Positions 1 to 11,213 of a stretch of DNA of 64,000 nucleotides are shown here, one piece after another. The notes under the pieces are model-generated. The model did not search any database and was not told the DNA's origin. It saw only the letters and a program-made list of their open reading frames with translations. The translations under genes were made by a program, and so were the position numbers. Numbering within the stretch: position 1 is the stretch's first letter; every line of letters starts with the position of its first letter. This DNA comes from Mustelus asterias (taxonomy: Eukaryota), in contig NC_135821.1 of NCBI RefSeq assembly GCF_964213995.1, forward strand, positions 51,274,001 through 51,338,000, given 5' to 3'.

Positions 1-556
1 GAATTTCAGACACACACCATCCCCAGGAAGAAAAGGGTTATCCTGATACCCCCTCTAACCTTGAACCTGTGTGGTCTAGGTTATTACAAAGCAAAGTCGG
101 CTCTAGGAGAAGCACTGGGTTCAAACTAACCTACGTTGCACAGATAATTGCTTGAACTTTATTTCAGATTTTTTGTGTTTAGCTTTTGGCAACTATTGTA
201 AAGATTTTCTTCCCACCCATATATTTTTCCTCAGGTCACACAAGTGAAATCAAGAAATACATACTGGAATACCTCCAAAGGAGTTCTGGTATTGTAAATG
301 AGATTACTGCATCAAAGTCAATGCATAGCAACAAATATGCAGGACGTACGTAGCAAATTAACAAATTTAATGTGATTTTAGAGGCTATTTTGGTAACTGA
401 ATCTGATCTACAAATAATTGCAATGAAGGGATATGTTCATAGAAAACACCAGTCCATCACTGGGGATGTAACAACCATCAATTCTCACCTCACAGACTGC
501 AATACTATAACTCATTGCAGAATAAAATGACTCTTGCAATGACTGTGTCAAAAATA

Positions 557-890
557 GGGGCGGCTTGGTGGCACAGTGGTTAGCACTACTGCCTCACAAT
601 GCCAGGGACCTGGGTTCAATTCCCAGCTTGGGTGACTGGCTGTGTGGAATTTGCACATTCTCCTCGTGTCTGTGTGGGTTTCCTCCAGGTTCTCTGGTTT
701 CCTCCCACAGTTCAAAAATGTGTGGGTTAGGTTGATTGGCCATGCTAAATTGTCCTTTAGTGTTCAGGGGATGTCAGGGGTGTTAGTAGGGTAAATATGT
801 GGGGCTATGGGGATAGGGCTTGGGTGGGGTTGTTGTTAGTGCAGGCTTCATGGGCCGAATGGCCTCCTTCTGCACTGTTGGGATTCTATA
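557..890 (+). mobile_element. HE1/V-type tRNA-derived SINE
   Basis: GGTGGCACAGTGGTTAGCAC A-box head, GGTTCAATTCC B box, GGGTTTCCTCC core, CR1-like tail. Confidence 0.92.
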
Positions 891-1019
891 ATGTTTCTGT
901 CAGAACATTATGGTCATACTAACTAAACAGAACATTCAAGCTATCATGGTGGGACATGAAGACAGATGACCTACTGCCCATCAATAGGACAGACTTTAAA
1001 TAATATGTTTTAACAATTT

Positions 1020-1645
1020 TGTTACAAGAGGATTTGAGTATTGGAGAAAACATGTCTTATTATAATTATATATAGCCTTAGTGAGACCACACCTTGAGTA
1101 TTGTGTGCAGTGTAGATCTCCTTACCAAAGGATCCAACTAAGGTTCATCAAAATAATTCCTGGGGTACAGGCCCTGTCCTATGAGGAAAGATGAAATAGA
1201 CAGGGCCTTTATTCTCTAGAGTTTAGAAGAACGAGAGGTGATCTCATTCAAACGTACAACATTATTACAAGGCTCAACACAGATCTGGAGGGCCGAAGGG
1301 CCTGTTCCTGTACCATATGTTTCTTTGTTCTTTTGACAGGATAGATGCAGGAAGGAGGTTTCCCCTGGTGGTCCAAACCAGGGGGCACTCTTTCTGAATT
1401 TAGCATTGAGATGAGGAGCAATTCCTTCACTGAGAGGGTGGTGAGTCTTTGGAATCCTCTGCCCCGGAGGGCTGTGGTCATTGAGTATGTTGAAAACTGA
1501 GATCAATAATTTCTACACATTAGAAACATCAAGGAGATAAAGCAGGAAAATGGTTTTGAAATAGATCAGCCACGATCACATTGAATGGCAGAATGGGCTC
1601 AAAGGCTGAATGGCCTACTCATGCTCCTATTTCTTATGTTCTTAT
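1020..1645 (+). mobile_element. Old CR1 3' fragment shared by both FUCA1 intron-1 copies
   Basis: [10 protein letters not shown]-like remnant and CR1 tail; paralogous to ~33570-35060. Confidence 0.8.
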
Positions 1646-1744
1646 AAAAATAATGGATAAGTGCAGTAGATTGTAAAAATACCCAACTCCAAAGGTTCGG
1701 TCACAGTAATCTTATCTATCAACAACAGAACCCATTTGGAAATA

Positions 1745-2085
1745 GAGAGTCATTGGGTTTTACAGCACAAAAAGATGTCCTTTAGCCCATCGCGTCTGCA
1801 CCAGCCATAAAGCACCTATCTATTCTAATGCCATTTTCCAGCACTTCATCCACAGCCTTCTGTGCTGTGCTGTTTGAGGTGCTCATCTAAATACTTCTTA
1901 AATGTTGGGTTCCCACCTCTACTACCCTTTCAGGAAGTAAGTTCCAGATTCCCATCACCCTCTGGGTGAAGTTATTTTTCGTCAAATCCCTTCTAAATCT
2001 CCTGCCCCTGACCTTAAGTCTATGCCCCCTGGTTACTGACCGCTCTATGAAGGGGGAAAGTTCCTTTATATTATAAATCCTATCT
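1745..2085 (-). mobile_element. CR1 3' fragment
   Basis: TRGHRLKVRG...FTQRVMGIWNLLP. Confidence 0.8.
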
Positions 2086-2403
2086 GTATCTGAGCTCGGC
2101 ACAATGCCCTAAAATACTTGCAGCCAGTCCCCACAGCACAGGGAGTGGAGAGAGAATGGGGATGTGGTACTGATCTCACTGGGGACAGACCATATCCCTG
2201 TTTCAATATGATGCCAGAGTGTGGCTGTGGGTGACTCTTTGCGAACTATGTATGGCATGATTTGAACGGATAGAACGCAAAGCAACATTTTTCACTGTAT
2301 CTCAGTACATGTGACAATAATAAATCAAAAATCCTTGATAATTTTGTACACCTCAATCAGGTGCCCACACACCACCCTCAGCCTTCTGGACTGTGAAATA
2401 ACC

Positions 2404-2750
2404 ATGATGTGGAGATGCTGGTGTTGGACTGTAGTGGGCACAGTAAGAAGTCTCAGAACACCAGGTTAAAGTCCAACAGGTTTATTTGGTAGTACAAGCC
2501 ACTAGCTTTCAGAGCGCTGCCCCTTCATCAGGTAAGTGGGAGTTCTGTTCACAAACAGGGCATATAAAGACATAAACTCAATTTACAAAATAATGGTTGG
2601 AATGCGAGTCTTTACAGACACTCTTGAGAAAACTCTTACAATCACCAGGCAAGAGTGTTATCTTCCTGTTGGGGAACACTTCAGTGGTCATGGGCATTCG
2701 GCCTCTGATCTTCGGGTAAGCGTTCTCCAAGGCAGCCTTCACGACACACA
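2404..2750 (-). mobile_element. Penelope-like element fragment with an inverted GIY-YIG segment and a hammerhead motif
   Basis: 2404-2617 matches 34213-34430; 2641-2750 is the GIY-YIG C-terminus (LPVGEHFSGHGHSASDLRVSVLQ) on the opposite strand. Confidence 0.85.
2499..2535 (-). ncRNA. Minimal hammerhead ribozyme motif (Penelope type)
   Basis: TAC CTGATGA A GGGGC-AGC-GCTCT GAAA GCTA GTG: intact core, stem II and palindromic AGCT stem III. Confidence 0.65.
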
Positions 2751-3052
2751 GCTTTTTCCCAGGTCGGAGGTGACGATCACGAGAGGTCACGGGCTCAAGG
2801 TGAGAGGGGCGAAGTATAACTCAGATATCAGAGGGACGTTTTTTACACAGAGGGTGGTGGGGGTCTGGAATGCGCTGCCAAGTAGGGTGGTGGAGGCAGG
2901 CACGCTGACATCGTTTAAGACTTACCTGGATAGTCACATGAGCAGCCTGGGAATGGAGGGATACAAACGATTGGTCTAGTTGGACCAAGGAGCGGCACAG
3001 GCTTGGAGGGCCGAAGGGCCTGTTTCCTGTGCTGTACTGTTCTTTGTTCTTT
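2751..3052 (+). mobile_element. CR1 3' end (same subfamily as 44011-48316)
   Basis: LFPRSEVTITRGHGLKVRG; (TTCTTTG)n tail. Confidence 0.9.
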
Positions 3053-3426
3053 GGGATAGCTGGCGCAATGTCATTCCCAGGTATGTATCAAGTGATCATG
3101 CACCACATTGTGAAATGTCATGTGGTCCGAGCATCATATGATCAAACCTCAAGTAAATGCCACCAACCAGTTTAGCAACTCTGTTGAAATCAGCATTAAA
3201 GTGATTTTGCTGATATTAACCACACCCAGAATCATTAAAAAGAAAAATACTGCCGGTTTGTTGAGCAAAACATTTGATAAAACTGACAAACGCCCTTTTC
3301 AGTTTAAATTTGTGACATTTTTTGATGTCTTATCAACACTATTATAATCACCGCTCAGTGAATATTAACTTTCACCACTAACTCATTCATAACATTTTCT
3401 GGGATTTACAAGTTCTTCTTTGTTAC

Positions 3427-3782
3427 CTGGCTCCGGATTTCCGAAACACCTCTGCCCACTGATCCGGATCAAAGAACTCTGCGGTGAACTCCGGGGCGAA
3501 CTGGCTGTATGTGAACCCCTCTGGGTAGTTCTTTTTCATGAAGTCCACATACTCCAGTTGATGCAACTCTCGCAAATTCCACCAGAACCACTCGTTGCCG
3601 AAGCTGGGCACGGAAAAGACACCCCAGTGGATGAAAATCCCAAATTTACCCTCGTCGTACCAGGCGGGCAGGGGTCTGCTGTCCAGACTCTTCCAGTCCG
3701 GCTGGTAGCGGCGAACGGGAGCAACACCCGGCCATAAAATCCCAGTTATACAAACACAACTGACAAAACTCTCCCAGCCCAT
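3427..3782 (-). CDS. FUCA1: Alpha-L-fucosidase tandem paralog (copy B), exon 1; remainder lies left of the window
   Basis: 356 nt, open frame, ATG 3782-3780, donor AG|GTAACA; 347/356 nt identical to copy A exon 1; intron 1 and upstream DNA are collinear with copy A. Confidence 0.93.
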
Positions 3783-3915
3783 ACTCAGCAGCTAGCGCTC
3801 CCTGCAGTAGCTAATGCGGAAATTGTCCCTCACGTTACTTCTTCCTTAAAGGCTAGGCTTGCAATGGTACAGGAAATGTTTAGCAGTAGAATTCCCTTGT
3901 TTATTTTCAAACGCC
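3783..3915 (-). promoter_or_regulatory. 5'UTR/proximal promoter of FUCA1 copy B
   Basis: Aligns with 36792-36924 upstream of copy A; interrupted at ~3918 by a TIR element. Confidence 0.55.
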
Positions 3916-3917
3916 TA

Positions 3918-5247
3918 GGGGGCGATCTTACCAGAATTTGGCAGAGTGTGGGTTCCTGGGGGTGAATCCTGCCAATGGCTCTGGTGTAATTTCTGATCGG
4001 ATTTAAGCCCCATTGACAAAACTTTTTACGGCCACGAGAATCACACGACACCCTCTGCGGCTTCCCTCTGATTCGCCCGCCACGGCTCCACTTAATCGCA
4101 CCAATCGTTGGGGAGCTGCATATAAATGGCTCGCCAGCACTTGTTCCCCAGCGACTGCTGTCGGCGGGAATGGCGGTGCTGCGCTTTGTGAGCTGGGTAC
4201 TGCTATGGCTTGTATTGAAAGACGTGCCTACATTCTTGGTGTTTGGTGTTCGAAAGGGTTAACCTGCATCCCCAGACTAGATCTAGCTCTGGCTATTAAA
4301 CTGGCATGCTGGATTCCTCAAGGTATCGTCAGTTAGTCGCCCTGCCAACAACATCTATCTTGACCAGACACAGCTGAATCCCGAGAGGTCTGCAATTAGC
4401 TTTTGAACCAATTCCCTAGAGGCCACTCTCATCCTTTGGGGTCTTCAATGCTGTGCACTTAAGCAGCTTTGCATGAGAACAATCAACGCACTCTCACTGC
4501 TGGACTTAAGAGTCAGATTTCACTGAGAAGTGGATTTAAACCCTTCTGCCCTCGCACTATTAGAGAGTGAGGGTTGTAGGTTTCATTGCATTGGTCCTCC
4601 CGCAAGTGAGAGGGTCTTTATGTCTCAGCCCCGGCCCCAAGCTACATTTGTGTGCATCCCCAGCAAAAAGATACAAAATTCTGAGGACATGTCCCAACTG
4701 ACTCAAGAACAGCTTCTTCCCTGCTGCCATCAGACTACACAATAGCTATGACTGTAACACTACATTCTGCACTCTCTTCTTTCCTTCTCTATGTACAGTA
4801 TGCTTTTTCTGTATGGCACGCAAGAAACAATACTTTTCATTGTATACTAATACATGTGACAATAATAAATCAAATCAAATCCGCATTCTCCCTGGTGCCC
4901 CTTGCGTGTTGGGCTGCCCGGGAAGTAATGACCACCTGAGCGCTGACCTCCAATATCCCCCTCGGAGGTGACAGTACCAGGTTCACACTTATGTAGAGCT
5001 GTTGTAAATGGTGCCGATGTGTCGTCATGCCAGCGCCAGCTGAATATTTGATGCAGATTCAATATTCGGAGTAAGTGCTCGCTCATGATATGCTGATGGC
5101 ATGTTCCATATCACTCTGCTGGTGAGGCTAGCTCGAATCGGAAAACCTGATGTTGCCGGCGAGAATCACATTTTTGCAAACTCTCCTCATTTTGAGCCCA
5201 CATCGCCAGCCCCTCGGACAACAAACATTGGCTCAAGATCCCACCCC
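3918..5247. mobile_element. Non-autonomous TIR DNA element (Harbinger/PIF-like) with nested inserts
   Basis: Ends GGGGGCGATCTT / AAGATCCCACCCC; TA-containing target duplicated; the empty site is visible in copy A at ~36925. Confidence 0.8.
4640..4881 (+). mobile_element. Rex1/Babar-like LINE 3' end
   Basis: LKNSFFPAAIR remnant and (AAATC)n tail; the same tail occurs at ~2270-2330, 36209-36429 and ~51845-51960. Confidence 0.7.
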
Positions 5248-5478
5248 TAGTGTAACGATAAAGCACTCATCCCCAGAATTGTAATTCTTTTGACAGCAAT
5301 TGTTATCGCCAGTAAATATTTGAAACAAATTATGATCACCAGATGAAAATTAGCGTAATGGGGTCTTCCTTGGAGAATGGAAAATCTTTTGAGATATCAG
5401 TGCCATCCTAAATGATATCATTTACAAGTAATACCGATCTGTGCTCAGCATGATGTAAATAATTGTGTTGTGTGCTTT

Positions 5479-8400
5479 GTCCTCTTTGAAGAGACCAGTA
5501 AGGGTTTATGGTCAGTAACTATAAAAAACCATTGATCGTAGACAAATTGATGGAACCTCTTCCCAATAAATACGGCTGCCAACCCTTCCTTCTCAATTTG
5601 AGAAAATTGTTGCTCTGCTTCCAAAAAGGTCCTGAGGCACGCTCCATGGGCTTCTCCATCCCGTCTTTCCATCGATGTGACAGCATTGCACCAACCCCAT
5701 ATGGGGAAGCATCACAGGTTAAAATAAGTTCTTTCCTGGGGTGGAAATTGGCCAGTTAAGTTGGATGACAGTAACTAGTGGTTAACCTTAGAAAAAGCTT
5801 CTGCCTCGGGAGCTTCCCAAGACCATCTGTGATTATGTTTGTAGCAGGGAATGTAGTGGGGAGCCAGCATAGAAGCCAAATCTGGGATAGATTTTCTGTA
5901 ATAATTGACTAACCTCAGGAAGGGTTTTAGCTCTGTGGTATTCCTTGGGGTCAGTGCCTCCTTGATGGGTGGCACAGCGGTTAGCACTGCTGCCTCACAG
6001 CGCCAGGGCCCCGGGTTCGATTACCAGCCTGGGTCACTGTCTGTGTGGAGTTTGCACATTCTCCTCGTGTCTGCGTGCGTTTCCTCCGGGTGCTTCGGTT
6101 TCCTCCCACAGCCCAAAGATGTGCAGGTTAGAGGGATTGGCCATGCTAAGTTGCCCCTTAGTGTCAGGGGGACTGGCATGAGGTTATGGGGATAGGGCCT
6201 GGGTGGGATTGTGACTGGTGCAGACTCGATTGTCCGAATGGCCTCCTTCTGCACTGTAGTATTCTATGATGGCCTTTACTTTATCCTCTACTGGATGGAA
6301 CCCCTTGCCATCTACTCGGTAGCCCAAATAGGTTACTTTGGCCAGCTGGAAAACGCACTCCTCCCTCTTCCAGTGAACTCCCGCCCTGGAAAATCACTGT
6401 AGGATAATTCTAGTTGGGCCAGGTGTTACTTAGGTGTACTGCTATCATGGATAGCCCTTGAAGGATGTTCTCCATAACTCTTTGAAAGATGGCATATACT
6501 GAAGAGACCCCGAAAGGCAAAAGGGTATACTTGTAGAGTCCCTTATGTGTGTGGATTGTCACACATTTCCAAGAGTACTCGACCAATTCAAGCTGGAGAT
6601 AGGCATGGCTCATATCCAACTTGGAGAACACCTTCCCACCTGTTAGCTTGGCATACAGATGTTCGATCCAGGACATAAGGTATCAATCGAGTTAGGAGAC
6701 CTGATCAACCATTAGTTTATATTCTCTGCAAAAAAAAAGTGATTTGTCGAGCTTAAGAACAGAGACTACAGGAATGGCCCATTCTGAAAATTGCACAGAT
6801 CTTATTATATCCAAGCTTTCAAGCCACCTTCGTTCAATTTCCACCTTCTCCCTGGAGTAAGGGATAGGCCTGGCTCTGAAATATCTAGGTGTAACTTTGG
6901 AGTCAATGCAGATCTTGGCCTTGGCTCCTTCTATTTTCCCCAGGCCCTCCTGAGAGACTCCAGGGTATCTACTGATAATCTCGTATAGTCCTCCCACACC
7001 TAGCCTGGAGATCTCCAATCAGTTGAGTCGAATCTGCTGGAGCCAATCTCTCCCCATAAGGCTTGGTCCATGTCCCCATACAACAATGAGTGGGAAACAA
7101 GCTGACTCCTGTCTATAAGTTGCTGGGGCCATTGTGGTGCCTTTTATTTGTAAAGATTCCCCCTTGTAGGTGGGTAGTCTGGCCTTTGTATCTTCCAACT
7201 TCAGGAGTTGGATAACCAAATGGAGGTCTGTTCTCCACTAATGGAGACTGTGGTTCCCATGTCCACCTCCATTGTCAAGGAATGGTCATTTACTAGTTAT
7301 TTCACCATTATCAGGGCAACATTTATTGTTGCAATATGATTCAGTTAGTGTCCCAGTCTCTGGAAGAGGGGATACCTGCATGGTATGATCAGGTACCAGC
7401 CTTGCGTTTTTTCCTCAGCAGCACACAATTTGCCTGTCCCTGAAACAGTGCCGTGGCTGTGTCCTTTGACAGTGCTCAGAATAATCCATCCACTGGCAAC
7501 TATGTCTTTCAGAAGTATGTTCTTTAATACTTTTAAAGTATGCACTGCCATTCCTGGACTCTCTGGTGATGACATTAGGATTCCTATATCGAATGGGGCC
7601 CTTTAATACCTGATTGACACAAGAACTCTCCATTGAGGGCTGGTTGCATGAGATCCCTCTCCCTAGTTGGATGACCTTGCTGCCTGATTCCTCTTGTAAC
7701 TTCTGAGCCCTCTTTTCCGCATTCTCAGTGACAACGCTATCTCAATGGCCTTTTTAAATTCCAAATTGGGTTCTGTCAACAGGTTCTTTTGCATAATTTA
7801 TGCCACATACCAATTTGTCCCACAACATTTCATTTAGAGGTGGTCCAAATTCAGTGTTCAGCTTGTTTCCACAGCCTAGCCAAGAACTATGTGACAAGTT
7901 CCTCAGGGGGGTCTCCCAGCCATGTTGAAGTGATATCGCTGGAGAATTATCAGGGGCTTTGGGTCATAGTGCAGTTTTTTAAAACCAGGTCTACCAATTT
8001 ATTAAAATTTTTCAAGTTGGGGCACCCAGATAGGTCGGATGTATTATCCTGAAAGTCGGGCAGTGCATGCTGTTAGCAATATCACTTTTTGCTCTCCATT
8101 TCCTTCAATGTTATTAGCATGGAAGAAGTAATGCATGCACTTAGTGTATTGGGCCCAGTCTTCCCCACTGGTGTCATAGGGCACGAATTTCTCCCAAAAC
8201 AAATCATGGCTTTTTCTTACTGGAGAAATTCTTGACGTTCAGAGGTTTCCGGAGGGAAAGATGGAGGAAAAAAAAATCATTTTTCTCCTCGTCACCAATG
8301 TAGTACTTCAGCCAAATGCCAGTTTCCCGTCACTAGCACTCTTTATTTTGCACCAAAGGAAAAGGCTGAACCCATGGCTTACAGTCAGCTAGTCTTCACC

Positions 8401-8520
8401 TTGGGGCCTACAACTCTGGTCCAGGTAAAGTTACAGGCTTAAAAACCCCTGCTGGCTGCTTCCTATTGCGGGGAGCACCTGCTTGCTCAATAAGGCAGCT
8501 TGTACTCCGTGAGGCCCATG
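5479..8520 (-). mobile_element. Decayed Gypsy/Ty3 LTR retrotransposon (5'LTR, PBS, gag, PR, RT, partial RNase H; 3' part missing)
   Basis: LTR end ...ACA at 8299 followed by PBS TGGTGACGAGG; PR MEVDMG; RT FSKLDMSHAYLQL, LPFGVSS; RNase H SQIEKEGLA, TDHKPL. Confidence 0.9.
5967..6270 (+). mobile_element. HE1 SINE nested in Gypsy RT
   Basis: Full head, core and tail; flanking TGATGG duplication. Confidence 0.92.
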
Positions 8521-8995
8521 GGCATATCTATTGATGGATAGCCTTTGTGGTCATCAAAACAAATCCATTTTAAGTTTTGGAATTGTATAAATTCTGGCTG
8601 TGAACAGCCATTTTGTGTGCAGAATCTTCTGGAACATCGTGTGAAAGGTACCCTGAAGCAGGAACTACTTCTCAACAAGGAGCAACTGAGGGAGGTTTGC
8701 AGAAACAGCTGTTGGACTGCTGTTCTGAATCAGGCTACCAAGAACCACCATCAGCTGTGCCATAATGTGAAAACAGGAGCTTTCACTCACTCCTAGAACC
8801 TCTTCTGTTTGTTGAGTGCACTTGCAAAGGCAAACTTCAACTCTTCAACACTAGAAACCATCACAGCTGTTAAACCAAACCTCAAGTTTCAACCCCTTCA
8901 TTTCTGAACAAAGGAATTCAAGCAACAGGCCACAGTTATATCTCACCGAGAGGGACCGGAAATCTTACCTTTAACTATCTTTATATCTTTACATC

Positions 8996-9660
8996 GTGGG
9001 TATGCAGGTATACAGTTTCCTAAAAGTGGCAACACAGGTGCCCAAAGTGATTAAGAAGGCATATGGCATGCTTGCTTTCATCAGCTGGGGAATTGAGCAC
9101 AAGAGTTGGGAAATCATGTTGCAGCTATACAAAACCTTGGTTTGGCCACTTTTGGAGTATTGCATGCAGTTCTGGTTACCACACTACCAGCACGGCATGG
9201 AAACTTTGGAGAGAGTGCAAAGAAGGTTTACCAGGATGTTGCCTGGTCTCAAGAGTGTTGGCTATGAGGAGAGGTTGAATAAACTAGGATTGTTTTCACT
9301 GGAAAGACAGAGGCTGTGGCGAGATCTGATAGAGGTCTACAAAATTATGACAGGGTAAGGCTTTTTCCCCAGGGTGGAAGTGTCAATTACAAGAAGACGC
9401 AGGTTTAAGGTGGGAGGGGGAAAGTTTAAGGGAGATATGCAGGGGAAGTGTTTCACAGAGTGGTGGGTGCCTGGAGGTGGTGGAAGCAGGCACATTAGCA
9501 ACATTAAAGAGGCATCTGGATGAGTACATGGGTAGGGAGGGAATGGAGGGATACGGACTAAGGGCAAAAGGTTTTTTTTAATTTAGTTAGGGCATCATGA
9601 TTGGCACAGGCTTGGAGGGCCGAAGGGACTGTTCCTATGCTGTACTGTTCTTTGTTCTTT
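8996..9660 (+). mobile_element. CR1 3' fragment
   Basis: KKAYGMLAFI...LERVQRRFTRMLPG; CR1 tail. Confidence 0.92.
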
Positions 9661-10883
9661 AATCTCTGTGTCTGTATTTTAGGTAATACATTTATCACAT
9701 GTACCTAAGTAACTTTCAGCAGTGCTTTTTAATAAACTTCTATGCAGTGAATCTGTGATATTTCTTACTGTGTACACCATTCTTGGGACACATGTCATGG
9801 AGACAAGACACAATTACCAGACATGGAGTTGGGTCCTGTAGCCTGGCCAGTTGTGTAAATACGGCTATGGACAAAGCTTTAAACTAATCAGGGGTGGGGG
9901 TGTTCGGCTGAAGGGATATTTAGAAATCCGAAGAGAAATGTCAAGGTAATGTGCGTAAGGATACTCTTACCCAAATTATGGGATGTGACTGAAAGAGTCG
10001 GTGCAGACTCAATGGGCCAAATGGCCTCCTTCCACACTGTAGGGATTCTACGATTCTATTCACTGCAATGACTGGAACAGTTCAAAAAGGCAGCTCATCA
10101 CCACCCTCTCAAGGGCAATTCAGGATGGGCAATAAATTCTGGCCTAGCTGAAGTCAGCCACATCCCATAAATGATTTTTAAAAATAACCTAATTCGCCAA
10201 TGTGCATTTTTTGTTAAACTCTGTCCTTTCCCTTCCTCTCCCACACTACTTGTCCTTACCCATATTAGCATATCTATCTCAAAGCATGAACTGAGGCTGG
10301 AAGATAGTGATTTTGTATTGATCTTTAAATCTTAATGATATTAATTGTACAATTTACAACAAACACCTAATAAATAGCTCAGCCTTTGAAATTCTATAAA
10401 TTTGACTATAATGTTTGAAAAATTAGGGCCATTTGGATGTAGGGGTTCGGAGTCTCCGAAAAATCTCGACTTTGTGAGAGTCTGTATTTATCACTTTTGA
10501 TGAAACTGCTACTCCCAAATATCTTACTTTAAACAATTGATCATTTTGTGGAATGACCTGCAAACCTGCCTGAGCTAGGATCATAAGCAATTCATCCAGT
10601 TGGGACAATTGTTCGTTCACAGTTTCAGTTGCCAACAGAATGTAATCAACATGTTGCAACAAGCAGTCAGGTCTAGACAAGTCTCTCAAAATGGCTGTTT
10701 GTAAAATATTATAGGAGTATTGTGAAATCCCAGTGAACAAACAAGTCCAAGTGTAACTCTGACCTTTAAACATGAAAGCAAATTTGCACGGATCATTTTT
10801 TTGTAACATAAATGCTCCAAAATCCATTAGTGATATCTCAGGTGGAAAAATTCTTGGAACCAACTGGGATCTTTGACAAGAGT

Positions 10884-11213
10884 CATAGAATCATAGAATT
10901 CTACACTGCAGAAGGAGGCCATTTGGCCCATTGAGTCTGCACCAACCACAATCCCACCCAAGCCCTATCCCCATAATCCTGTACATTTACCCTAGCTAAT
11001 CCCCCTGACACTAAGGGGCAATTTAGCATGGCCAATCCACCTAACTAGCACATCTTTGTACTGTGGGAGGAAACCGGGGCACCCGGAGGAAACCCACACA
11101 GACACAGGGAGAATGTGCAAACTCCACACAGACATTGACCCAAGCTAGAAATCGAACTTGGATCCCTAGCGCTGTGAGGCAGCAATGCTAACCACTGCGC
11201 CACCGTGCCGCCC
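10884..11213 (-). mobile_element. HE1 SINE nested in the retroviral RT
   Basis: Full-length reverse copy; AGTCA duplication. Confidence 0.92.

Noticed and set aside
557-630. tRNA genes at SINE heads
   Set aside because: The A/B boxes continue directly into the HE1 core and tail in many dispersed copies; these are SINEs.
3427-3782. Copy B as a false (haplotype) duplication in the assembly
   Set aside because: Flanking intron and promoter DNA are strongly diverged with copy-specific TEs, well beyond allelic difference. Only the exon identity itself still needs read-level confirmation.
3427-3782. One copy being FUCA2
   Set aside because: The two first exons are near-identical and copy A has FUCA1-type motifs (NCADK, YTSKG); FUCA2 is an ancient, much more distant paralog.
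8546-9791. Solo LTR split by the CR1 at 8996-9660
   Set aside because: Composition is LTR-like with AATAAA and a CA end, but I found no TSD or second copy, so support is too weak to list.
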